A stretch of 63,163 nt of DNA, counting the filler, from Reticulomyxa filosa (lineage: Eukaryota; Protista; Foraminifera): assembly GCA_000512085.1 (NCBI GenBank). It is 25 parts of 25 records of this genome, joined end to end, with 100 filler letters (N's around TTAATTAATTAA, not from the genome) between each part and the next. Parts side by side here need not be neighbours in the genome. Positions count along the whole stretch, not along the records: positions 24,064 to 26,749 come from ASPP01016840.1; positions 26,850 to 32,316 come from ASPP01010494.1; positions 32,417 to 34,672 come from ASPP01018334.1; positions 34,773 to 36,920 come from ASPP01002542.1; 21 more parts are not named here. One strand, given 5' to 3'. The notes below the pieces were generated by a model. The model was not told where the DNA came from. It did no database searches and saw only the letters and a list, made by a program, of their open reading frames with translations. How positions within the stretch are numbered: position 1 is the stretch's first letter; the number at the start of each line of letters is the position of its first letter. Positions 24,102 through 36,430 of this stretch are shown here, piece by piece. The position numbers and the translations under genes were made by a program.

Positions 24102-25687
24102 TCAATTTTCTTGTTCGATGAAACTCAACTTAAAGTGGTATAAATAGCCATTAAGGACGCAAAACCAATGCTTGGACCAACCGAGTTTGGCCCAACCCAA
24201 ATATTTCACATGTTCGGAATGAAGTTCATCTGCACTCACTTCTAACGACGCTTGTTCTGTTTCCACTTGGAACAACACATCAAACACGCGATAAAACGAG
24301 CTCGCCATGCGAATACGAGTGACCCATTTGTTAAACTCGTGGAAGTCGTGCAAACGACAGGATAGTAGAGGTTCATCTGTGTTATATATACATCATACCC
24401 CACCACACACACACAGAGAGAGAGAGAGAGAGAATGTCGTATATATATGTATATATGTATACATATATTTGTATATAGTATATAACATATACGTATATAA
24501 AGTAAGCACATTTTACTACCATTCAAAAAAAAAAAAAAATAACGCAGTCGAAACTCTCTTGCATCATTTCACGCTCCATTTTCAACCTCTTTTGCAAATT
24601 TCGGCACTGGTCAGTGCACTTCGGACAAGCGAATTGTCCAAGGATTTCTTGTTGGTGTTCTTCTGTTCGTTGTTGGTTTGAGCGTGATTCAAAGCCGAGG
24701 AGGACTTGCCGTCGTTGGTTTCTTCAAATGACAGCAAGCCGTTGCTGTTCAACCCGACTCCAGAGTAAGCATTCCTCAAGCCTTCTGGAGAACGATCTTC
24801 GTACAGTAGAAACACATAGCCCGCCGATGGGTCGTTGGTCTGCTGTTCCTCAACGATCAGTCGGCAGGTCGAGATGTCAATCACACGAAATTTCGTCTCT
24901 GTTTTCTTTATTCCTGCATAGCGAGAAAACCATCTTATTTTTTTTTTTATATTCATATAAAAAAAAATCAATGAATGTGTATATATCGATTCCAAAAAAA
25001 AAAAAAAAAAATGGATACTACGAGGAGTAGAAAAATTTGAATGAGTAGATTGTAAAAATTAATAAATAAATAAATATATACATATATATTATATATATAT
25101 GTATATATTTATTTATTTATTTATTTATTTATTTTATATATGTGCATATATAAAATAAATAAATATATACATATACATATATACATGTATACATAAAACC
25201 TTGAGTGAAGAACAGCCCATTGCGTTGTCCATTTTTTAGAATCAGACGACTTGCAGTCAATGTAACCTTGGATAACCTCGACAGGCATTCTGCGCACACA
25301 TGGGTTGATTTTGGTTGGGTCCGGCGGCAAAAACATTCGTCGCTCATATTTCATTCGGATAAAATGCTCACGTATTGCTTCACATTTGTCCCATTTTGGG
25401 TTCATCCAATAACTTGGCAATAATGCTTCCCATACGTAGGTATTGACTTTTTCATTCCCACCCACTTTTTCAAATGTACGCATAATTTCGTCCGTCCACG
25501 CGTTTGTATCCAGTCGGAACGAACGAATTTTCGTTATGTGTGTGCCCATCGCGCGGTGGACCCCTGCACATTTTATACATAGCACCACTCCTAAATTTAG
25601 TGATGCCCAACCTACATCCTTCGTTAGCTTCTCTCCACAATCACTGCAATATGAGTTCCCAGGCAGACTCAAAATTCGTTCAATGTT
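24102..25687 (-). CDS. ArfGAP with PH domains (ADAP/centaurin-alpha-like architecture), partial
   Basis: Exon 25687-25200 has GNSYCSDCG...WASLNLGVVLCIKCAGVHRAMGTHITKIRS (ArfGAP Zn finger with catalytic Arg) and IREHFIRMKYERR, then a PH start. Exons 24933-24587 and 24376-~24125 complete PH1 (EFNKWVTRI) and begin PH2 (WSKHWFCVLNGYLYHFK). Confidence 0.9.
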
Positions 25688-26118
25688 CTTTTTTTATTTG
25701 TTTGTGTTTTTTTTTTTTTTTTTTTTGAAAGAGAGTATGTTAAGAGCGACTCTTTCAAAACACAAAAAAACTTTTTTTCAGTGCTGATCGCTTCTAAGTG
25801 ATTTATACGTTTTATTTTTATGGTTTTGTTTGTGGTGTGTAGATTTGTGTTTGATTATTTTTGCTTCACTTTTGAGGTCATATGAATATACAAAAGGGGA
25901 TGATCACTGGCGATTATGGAGCTTTTCAACGGATGACTCCCTGAAGAGACGTTTTTTCTTCTCAGATGCCCCTTAACGAAAGAATATCCACAATATTACG
26001 GAGTGTTCGCGTGCATTAGTTTTAACGAGTTGATTTTTTTTTTTGTGACGGTTTGGCCTTCGTCACTGTACGACAAGAGAAAAAAAAGTGAGTTTTTGTA
26101 ACAGCCAGGGGGAAAAAA

Positions 26119-26665
26119 ATGTCGAAGCGTAATTTTTCTGGGTTTGCGTCAGGAGGTCTTTTGAAAGATAGTAGCATGCTTTCGACAGGTTCTTACACAT
26201 TTTCTAGTGATTTGCCCCAAAAAAGGCCAAAAATAATGAGCACAGGCGAAAACGAAGCAGAGAAAGAGCACACAAATGAAGAGATTTTGAAGCTGCTTGA
26301 AGAAGCTCCAGAAGTTAATGTCGACAGTACATTTACCCAACAAACAATGATGAAGGAACAAGAAAGCGAGAAGATGGACCTCCAGAGTAACCTCAAAATA
26401 AAAGACCACACAAAAAAAAAAAAAAAATGACAGACAAAAGCATTGGACGAAAAGGAATTGCAGCGTTTGATAACGAACTTACAGCGTGCAATGAAGGAAA
26501 ACAAGCAAATGCGTGCGAAATACAGTGACAACCCAAGCAAGTTTATGGATAGCGAATTGTTATTAGATAACTGTATCCAAGCGTTGTATGTGCTTCCTCC
26601 ATGCCCTCATTTTTATCCATTGTTTGTGCAATTAAATGGAATGTCCTCGTTATTGGAATTGTTAG
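26119..26665 (+). CDS. CTNNBL1: Beta-catenin-like protein 1 (spliceosomal Prp19 complex), 5' part
   Basis: Exons 26119-26313 and 26434-26665. LDEKELQRLI...ENKQMRAKYSDNPSKFMDSELLLD...P.FYPLFVQLNGMSSLLELL matches the CTNNBL1 N-terminal signature R.K..D.P.KFM.SE..L. Confidence 0.9.
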
Positions 26666-26705
26666 GTAATTGTGTCTGTGTCATTTGTGTAATTAATATG
26701 CATAT

Positions 26706-26745
<40 letters not shown>

Positions 26746-26849
26746 ATATNNNNNNNNNNNNNNNNNNNNNNNNNNNNNNNNNNNNNNNNNNNNTTAATTA
26801 ATTAANNNNNNNNNNNNNNNNNNNNNNNNNNNNNNNNNNNNNNNNNNNN

Positions 26850-27350
26850 CAACAACAACAACAACAGCGCTCCTTCGCAAAAGGCTCTTCCCACTCTCTT
26901 GCTCAAGCCATCACTGGCAACAGTGTGCATAGCGCAATTGCGACGCCAAAGTCAGCATTGGAGCAACATGTAAGTCGTCACAAAGGAGCAAACCCTTCCT
27001 TTCTCAGACGCGACCTGTTTGAAGAGCAGCCACAAGACGACCATGAACACGAAGAAGAAGAAGATAAGGAGGAAGAGGAGGAGGACGAGGAGGAGGAGGA
27101 AGAGGAGGAGGAATTTGCGTTTGATTCATTGAAACGAACACTATCCAACACGTCGTTGATGTTCGCGGCACAGGTGTCCGCAACAAACCTGTTTTCGGGA
27201 ATGAGAGACCACTTTTACAATTTGTATCAGCGCAGTTTGCATCGTTCTTGTAGCGACCCTTGGAGTTTTAATTCCTCCTCTTCCGTCGTCACACTATCTA
27301 ATGAAAAGCTACCATTGGCCACTTCTTCTTCTTCTTATAAACTAAATGAC

Positions 27351-27385
<35 letters not shown>

Positions 27386-28817
27386 CGATGATGATAGCGA
27401 TATTAGTATTGATGAAGATGAAGTGCAAGAAAAAACGGCAGAAGTGAATAAAGGAAAAGACAAGAGCCATGACCGACGTAACAAGAATGAGGATCTTGCA
27501 CAGCGCCATAGTCACGTGTTGATCATTCAAATGGAAATGTGCGAGCAAGGGACACTGAAAGAGTGGTTGCAACAAAGACGTGAAGTCGACCCTTTGCAAT
27601 CATGGCACATACTATTTCAGATCGCTCAAGGTTTGCATCATATACACACTTGCCACGTGTTGCATCGCGATGTCAAACCCGATAACGTTTTCATGTGCGA
27701 AAATCATATCGTGAAACTGGGCGATTTTGGCCTCAGCGTACATCCACCCAGCGAAAAAGTCACTCTTCGTCATCGAAGAGACGAAAAGGTTTTCCGTACC
27801 AATCTTTCACAATGTTATTCACACATTTTTTTTTTTTTTTATTTATTCATTAAAAAAAAAAGGGGAGGGAGGAGAGAGAATACGTATACATATTTATTTT
27901 TATTTTTTTTTAAAAAAAAAAAAAAAAAAAATGTGTGAAATGTCGAAAAAGTGAGCTTAACCGGGGGATTGGGAACTCCGACGTATGCGGCACCGGAACA
28001 AATTTGCGAAGTTGAAAACGAAAACTCGCACGTGGTTCATGGGTATTCGAAGTCAGTCGACATCTATCCTTTAGGCCTAATTGCGTACGAGCTGTTTTGC
28101 GACTTTAACACGACGATGGAGAGACTGATGGCATTTGAAGAATTGAAAAAGACAGGTTGTGTGGACGCGCGATTCAAAAGCAAGTATCCTGCCAAACTGG
28201 CCTTGTTGATCGAAAAGATGATCCATCGAGACCCACATCAACGACTTTTGACCGACGATATTTTACCTGGTTTAAATGATTTATATTCGGACTTATGCTC
28301 TTGTGTCAATCATTGCTCCAAGTTTCACAACGCACGTCCCTGCTCCTCTCATCCTTTTTGCTCTTGTCAACCTGTGTCTGACATTGACATCCACACCGAC
28401 CCTAATCCCAACTCCAACTCCTTTTTTACGCGCAAGTGTTGTCATGTCCTGTCATCCCAAACCCAACCTGTTGTGAAGGACGAACATCAGGATCAATCAT
28501 CACTTCCAATCGAAGAGGAGGAAAAAGACCACCGCTTCTTAGCCGGATCCAACAAACGCCTCAAAACTCCTCCTTGTCTGCGCACTGATCAGTCCGTCTT
28601 AAAAATGAAAAACCTGCAAATCGATTTGCTCAAAGATCGCATCTCCAAGTTAGAAGCTTTGCTGCTATCGCATGGGACTACTAATATGTCGCCACTTCAT
28701 TTTGATGATAACACAATGACATCAGGTCTCCCTTCATTTGTTTTTTGTTTTTGTTTTTTTTTTTCCCCCCCCCTCCCTCCATACATGTACGATTTTTTTG
28801 TTGTGTTCATAGTTTGA
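26850..28817 (+). CDS. eIF2-alpha kinase (HRI/PERK/GCN2-like catalytic domain with a large acidic insert), 5' partial
   Basis: A long acidic/Asn insert is followed by LIIQMEMCEQGTLKEWL, HRDVKPDN and VKLGDFGLS. After an intron ending at 27951 come TGGLGTPTYAAPEQI and YSKSVDIYPLGLIAYELF..FNTTMER, which are eIF2AK-typical. The exact donor is uncertain. Confidence 0.88.
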
Positions 28818-31800
28818 CCATTTTCGTGCAGTGACGTATACGGAATTCTTAAATTAAATCATCTTACGTATTGGTCAAAAAAAAAAAAAAGAAAATAGAA
28901 AATGAATTGTTTTTGTCGTTTTTGTTTTTTGACTTGTGTTTGTTTTATAAATTTTTTTTTTTTGCTTGTTTGCTTTGTTTTTTTCTCTTTTGTTAGTTTA
29001 GTGTCTTGTCCCATTTGTAGGTCTTTTTTGTTTTGTGTTTTTTTTTTATGTTATTCTGCTGAATGGGTATGTGGAAATCCAGTGCGCCTGCTAATTGAAA
29101 AGGATTTTTTCTGCTCCTCTCTTAAAAGTGTTAATGGATGATTCTGAGTATTTTTATTTTTTGAATGGAAGCAATGTAAAAGTTATGCGATATTTGGCTG
29201 AATTGCAAAACGATTGATTTTTGTTTGTTGGCTTTATTGTTTTGCGAAATTGTAAGTGTATATTTTTTTATTTTTTTTTCCGTCTTGGTTTACTTGCATT
29301 TTACTTCCCACAATGTATCGCCCTGTTTTTATTTTTTTCTTTCCCCTTTCACTTTACAACCGAATTTGGTTTTTTAACATTAATGCCAAACCTATAAATT
29401 GTGATGCTTACCTTCACCTAAACTATTTTCGATTATGGGATCATTCATTCAGTACCGTGTTGTTTTTTTTAATAGGTCGAGATCTGACCAGTGTTGTGTG
29501 ATTTTATTTTATTAAATTTGTGTGATGTTACTTGTTTCCTTTAATGCTTTGGCAATTTCGTTAATTCCCTTCCACAAACACATTCTTATTAATTATTTTT
29601 GCTTATTATTGTGACAACCTATCCAATCGTGTTAACACAAGACTAAAAAGAGTCTTTTTTATACTTTGATTTTTCTATTTTTTCAAAAATTATTAAGCTT
29701 ATCAAATGTTGTAGATATGCTTGAATTGTGACGCTAGTCTACAATTTATCTCATTTCAATCTTTTGAACAACTACACAGAATATTTCATTTTTTTATCAT
29801 TATTTAAAAAGAAAGTTGGAAAACTTTGTGCAGTTGACTAAATCCACAAACCAGTAAGTCAGTTTGGCAAAATATTACACGTTTGTTATTGTGGTTCATT
29901 TTTTTTTATTGTGGGTCATTTTCTTTTCATTATGATTCTTTTTTTGTTTTTTTGAATCTTTTTTTTAAAACAAAACAGATTTTATACAAAAAATATAATT
30001 GATGTTGTGATAGTTTCATTTTTTAAATAGTTATTTTCTTCTGAAACTCTACCACGTGCAAAGGCAATGCAAACATCGAAAGGAATTGAGTTTTAGAAAA
30101 TTTTATCTTCATTTTTTTCAAAAGAAATTGCAAAAAAAATTTTGATAGAAAATTGACACGAAAATTACTTGATTTAGTTTGTTCTGTGCAAACAAAATGT
30201 ACTCAAACAAAAATACAGTTGCTTTTCACAGTGTTTGAAAGAACATAAAATTGTGAGCTGAAGAGAAAAACACTTCAGTTGCATGTATATTTACTGTTTG
30301 ACTGTATTGCCAATAGCTTGGATGGTGTCAACATATATTTGGATGTAATCCATTATTCAAACCAAGACTGTTTGTTGAACAAAGATTAGTGCAAGTCTTG
30401 ACAGTAGATTTTCCTCAATATCCCTTATATGATCATCACCATTTCAACTACTTGGAGAGCTTACTAAGATATCAAAATCACATTGAATCAAATATATAAC
30501 TTGTGTAACTTTTTTAAAAAAAGTACTACATTATGTTGTCTTGATGAGTTTGTGTTGTCGAAAGTATAATTGTTTCTTTTTTATGTCAAAAAGATTTAAA
30601 GAAATATTCAATTTGTTTATGATTTGCAAGTGTCAAGATACATGCTTCAGTAATTTGAATATCATATATTTCTAGCTATTGCTTTACTTAATTTAATGAA
30701 GTTTTTTCTTGTGTTATTGATTGGTCGAATGAGATTGATCAATATGCGATTCTTTTTTGAATATTTTAAGTTATAAGTTCGTCAATTACTTCAATTGCTT
30801 TTGTTAATTTCGCTGCTGAAATGAAGTATGTTGTCGCTGCCAAATGTCTTTTAACATTTCAATTTTATTTAAGTGTGTTTATTGCTAAACTACAGAATAG
30901 CAAGTCAAATAATTATATATTATATTTCAATATAATTGTCTTTCTATTTAAGGAGTGTACAATAGCAATCTTGAACGAATGCAAGTACATCAATAAACGT
31001 ACATTAATTGTCTTATACAATACCATAACTGAATTTAGACTAACACTGTCACGATAAGAACATTAGAATATCAATTTTCATATTTACAAGCGAAATTCTT
31101 GATTGACGTAAAATCGCTCCAACATGCTGTTTAATTTTTTTTCAATGATAAAAATATCAAATTTTATTTCCAAATCTTCACAACAATTGTACTCCATTTT
31201 AATACACAAGTAAATTAATCACAAGTTCATGTATTTGAGTTATTATTCATTGAACGAATATATAACGATCAATGTTTTTCCAAAGTTTTCATACAGTATC
31301 AAAAACACGAAACTTCAATAGTATCCATGAAGAATCATTTTATGTCTTTCCTATCAAGAGCAGGCAGTGCTAAGAACTTTGTAGTTTGTTTTCAACAAAC
31401 AAACATTACATCTTCAAAAAAAAAAAAAAATAGAACTAACCACCCTCTTGTAACTCTACGTTTTGGTTGATTAATTTTAGTTTAATACGACAAAATAATA
31501 TTTATTTTGTGTTGTTCAACAAATTGATTGCACCAAAATCTTTTTTTTTTGTAACTTTTATTTTTTTGAAGGGCCGTTTTTTTAAACAAAAAATAGCACA
31601 AAAAGAAAATTCTCAAAGAGGAATATATCAAAAAAAAGTTAGTTCTGTTTTTTTTTTTTTGATCTTTCATCTTTTTTCTTTTTTTGAACAAGCAACTTTT
31701 TCATTTGTTGAGGACGTGATATCACATAGCAGCAAAAGTACTTGTAAAACAAGTTATTCTTTACTTTAAAAAACTAGAATAAAGTGAAATGTTCGATAAA

Positions 31801-32651
31801 AAAAATATATTCATTTAAACAATAATACTGTTTATATATTGTTTTCTTGGTTGTCACTTTCTCGTTGTCTACAATGACTGAATAGCAGACATAAACGTTT
31901 TGACAATAAAATGTTGAAACAACAAATATATATGATTTGATAACATTACACAATGTCCGATAATTAATACATTTTTTAATAACATTACAGACTAAAATAA
32001 CAATAATCAACAACATATGATATATTTTTTATTTATAAAGTTATGATCAAACAACAAGAAATAAATAATAAAGTTTTCTCCACATTATGGTATCACTTTA
32101 AATGTTTAGATTAGTTTGTTCATTGAATTGGATATACGATCAAGCAATTGTTTCCAACTTGAACGTATAATGTAATGTATATTTTTAAATGAATTATTTT
32201 TTTTTATTTAATGTATTCAACTGTGAAAATTTTTAATGTTTTACAAACAACATTCATCTTCCTCAAAACAGCACATTGTATACTTTATTCAAGCTCTGTT
32301 TATTTTTTTTTTTTTTNNNNNNNNNNNNNNNNNNNNNNNNNNNNNNNNNNNNNNNNNNNNTTAATTAATTAANNNNNNNNNNNNNNNNNNNNNNNNNNNN
32401 NNNNNNNNNNNNNNNNAAAAAAAAAAAAAAAAAAAAAAAAATTATATGAGAATGAATGGCATATGCACTTCTCTCCTCTTTTGTAGGGGAAAAAAAAATA
32501 AAAACAACATCATTGTGAAATGAAAACAGCAGAAGTGAAAAGGTTGGGTGAAGAGTTTTCAACGAATATTCGGTACGCGGCGGTGCACCGAATGCGCACG
32601 CAAACGTCGGTAAGAGATACGAACGAAAGTATGAATGACTTGTGGCAAAAG

Positions 32652-33148
32652 ATAAAATCATAAAAGACAAGGCATTGCAATCAGAGCGAATGGTGGACGA
32701 AATATGTCGGGATATCCGCGAATTGGATAATTGCAAGAGCAACTTGTCGTTGGGGATAACGACGTTGCAAAAGCTGCACATGTTGGTGAGTGGAGTGTCG
32801 CAGTTGAAAGACGATGCGTCGAAGCAGTCGTACGATCGGGCGTCACATTTGTTGTCCGCCTTGGACGATCTGTGGCACTACTTCCAAACCCAACTCCATG
32901 TCAACATCAACAACACACCGCAGCTGAAAAAGCTCAAACAAGAAATGGACACCGCCAGAAAAACTTTGCTCGATGCCATCGATCGCGACTTCCGTCTGTT
33001 CGATCCCAAAGTCGTCATTGATATGAGAGAAATGAACCATCGCTTAAAATACGGCTGTCAAGTCATTGACGTCATTGGAAAAGAGGAAAGAACTAAATTC
33101 ATTGAACGCTTTTGTCAAACACAAGTTATATATGCATATATACATACA

Positions 33149-33189
<41 letters not shown>

Positions 33190-34585
33190 TATTTATGTAT
33201 ATGTATAATTATTTTTCAATCTCGTTGTCAATAGCTTCAAACCTACGGCGCTTTATTCGCTTCGGGCAGCGAAAAAGCTGGGCTGAATCATCTGGACTCT
33301 CGCTTTGATTGGCTGCGGAACCAACTGCTTCGATACAACGACTACTATGGACACATCTTTCCTCATCATTGGAACATGCCCGGACACTTGTGTCAGCGCT
33401 TTTGCGAGCAAACATGCAAACACTTGGAGGAGATCCTGCGGATCGAATCGCAGTCAGGAAACGTGGACGTGAGCGTACTGGTGAAAGCCTTGGAACAGTG
33501 TGTCCTGTTCGAAAAAGAGCTGCAAAGGTTGTACAGTCGCCCATTTCATGCTGATGTCTTACGAGAAAAGACCGAATTGGATCAAGTTTTTTTTTTTTTT
33601 TTTTTTTTTTTCAATATACATATATGTACATATACATATATGTACATATATACATACATGTACATATATGTATACATTTGTATGTTTATATGTTTGTATA
33701 CATATACGTGGGTCTCATTGCCAATGGTAATCAAAAAAAAAAAAAAAAAACAAAGCTGTTGGGCGGAAGAGATGAACACGAAGTGGAAAACAAAAATCCA
33801 GGGGAAATGACAGCGGAGGATATTAAAAGAAAGTATAAGGTAATCCAAGCGAAACAACGGATTGCAGACTTGGAAAGCAAATACGAGATAAAAGAGGAGA
33901 AAGAGGCGCATCACAAAGCGGCGGATCAATTGGAAAGAGAGGCCATTCAGCCCATCCAACTAGATGGCGCCCTCTCTACTTCTTTTGACAAGTACATGCA
34001 CTACTACGTGCAATTGGAGACTATTAATATTCAAAAGACTTTGGATGACATTGAAAAATCGGAGGTTTATTATTATTATTATTTTTAATTATTAAAAAAA
34101 AAAACAGAGTTTCTGCATCCTTTCGGAGAATGTGTATGTGTTGTATATTGGGGGGGGGGATAAAGGCATGGAACATGTCTCGTGAAAAAATCCCCGCGGA
34201 AGTACGCTTTAGTGGTGTCGATGAACTTTTGGGATATATCAAAAAGTCGATTACTCGTTGTTCTAAAATTGGAACGGACGACATTTTTTATCAAATTTAT
34301 CGAGTTTTGGATTTGTATTTTTTTTTGGTTTCTTTTCTCTTGGATCAGAAATCGGACTGCGTACACAACATGTTGAAACACCAAAAGGAGTACTGCAATG
34401 GGTTAAACAAGTACGCACAAATGCTAGTGCGACACTTGCCAGATCCAATGACGCAAGCTGCATCGTCTTACAATATCAAAGAAAAGTTCATCACGGAATC
34501 GGAACTCATCACCATATGCTTAGTCATCAATACAAGCGACTATGTTTCTGAAGTCTTGTCGAGTTTGGAGACGAAACTTAAATCA
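32652..34585 (+). CDS. VPS53: Vacuolar protein sorting 53 (GARP/EARP subunit), internal part
   Basis: Exons ~32652-33124, 33235-33585, 33756-34064 and 34166-34585. Motifs SERMVDEICRDIRELDNCKSNLSLGITTLQKLHMLV, LDSRFDWL...IFPHHWNM...FCEQT, LVKALEQCVLFEKEL and ICLVINTSDY. Confidence 0.92.
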
Positions 34586-34634
34586 GTTTTTTTTATTTTT
34601 TTATTTGTGTGTAAGAACGTAGTTGATTCTTTCA

Positions 34635-34667
<33 letters not shown>

Positions 34668-35929
34668 TTTTTNNNNNNNNNNNNNNNNNNNNNNNNNNNN
34701 NNNNNNNNNNNNNNNNTTAATTAATTAANNNNNNNNNNNNNNNNNNNNNNNNNNNNNNNNNNNNNNNNNNNNTGTCCAGTGAATGTATTGATTAACTTGG
34801 ATGATGAACGAAATGTCTCAAACATGAAAACAGTATATATCTGTGTTAAATAAACATTTAAATATTTTGATTGATATTTTTAAAAAAAAGAAAGAACAAA
34901 TGAACTAACATAATCGACAACGAGTTTATCAAACTCATTAATCCACCCAAATTTGATTTGCAATATTCGAATCCAATGTTGTATGATTACTTTAGTCCTT
35001 TCTTCTTCAGCCTGTTTGAATCACAAATTAATACGATAAACAAAACATTAAAAAAGCAATAGATTTTCTGAAGTTTGCAATAAAGTTTACCAAAGCTAGT
35101 TGTGTTGAAATTCGCTTCTTATTGCTAAGAGTTGTCATTTTATTTTTTTCTTAAAATGGAAGATATTGAACTTTTTTCCTTTTGAGGACAATGAAAGGAG
35201 TTTTCAAAAATATTTTTGTCGACATGAAAAACGGATTTTAACAATATATGTGAGTGAAGATAGAAATTTTTTTAAAGAACTTGTCCAAAACTGAGCATGC
35301 ACATATATTACAAGTTTTTTTTTTTCAAACTGTTTTGTAGCTGTGAAAACAAAAAAGGGACTTTGATGTCGAAATAAGAGGTTCAATTTAACACAACTTT
35401 TATTACTTTGAATGCGTTTGTTTCTTATTTTTAAATTGGCTATTGCTTTGCTAAACTCGAAGAGTGAAAATTTGAATATTTGACTTTGATTTTTATTCGA
35501 TTCATTATATAAATAAATAACTGTTGATTTTTTTACAATCAGGAGAACTAAAAGATGTCTTATCTGAATGAATCACATATTGATAATTTGACCTTTAATG
35601 CTAATTTCACTTGTTGGATGTCATTTGTTAATTCAATTGTTTTTTGCATCCTTTTTCACAGATTCATGTTGTAAAATATTGATTTTTTTTTATTTTATTC
35701 GACAATTCAAGCATTAAATCAAATAAATATTTAAATAACACTTTGCACATTAAGTTGTTGAATTTCTGTGATATTTTTCAAATTTATCTCTTTTAATTCA
35801 TCCTTTTTTTTTATATTTTTGTGCTATCTTCACTTTGTTTATAAATAACAAATATTACAAAAACACAAAAATAATGATAAAACTGTTTTCACTTTTTCAG
35901 TTTGCAATTGCGATTGCAACTCTATAACG

Positions 35930-36430
35930 AAGCCTTCTGGGAAAATGACTTGTTATGAGTGACTATTGAGAATCCTAAAACATACAAATCATTTGAACAG
36001 CTTATCTCTTACTATTTCCAAAATATCTTTAAAAAAAGTTGGGTGTTAAATTATGGTGATGAAGATATTGCATATCCTTGTTCAAATAATAAGATTTTTT
36101 TTAATATTTAAATGATAAAAATTCATACAAGAGTTATTATACTGTTCTTCACATTGCATTTGGCCATCAATAACAAACATTGGTATGGATTGATGTCAGA
36201 GAGGGCGCTGTCAATACTTCCATTTAAGAACTCCTTTTGAAAATATCGTGAAATTGATTATAATTACCAAGAGGTACAATATTTGAACAAGTATATGAAA
36301 AAGAAATGAAAGAATTGAAAGTGCAATTGACAACTTGTTGGAATTATGTTATCACTGACGAATTTAAATATAAATGTCCAGATTTGATTGAAGATTCGTT
36401 TGCTGAATATAAAAACAATTTTATTAAATA
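35930..36430 (+). pseudogene. Decayed member of an amplified lineage-specific family
   Basis: Protein-like frame with several stops, ending FEQVYEKEMKELKVQLTTCWNYVITDEFKYKCPDLIEDSFAEYKNNFIK*. Confidence 0.4.

Noticed and set aside
28900-32316. Short ORFs in the long region after the kinase
   Set aside because: AT-rich, F/I/K-biased chance ORFs or unrecognisably decayed relics.
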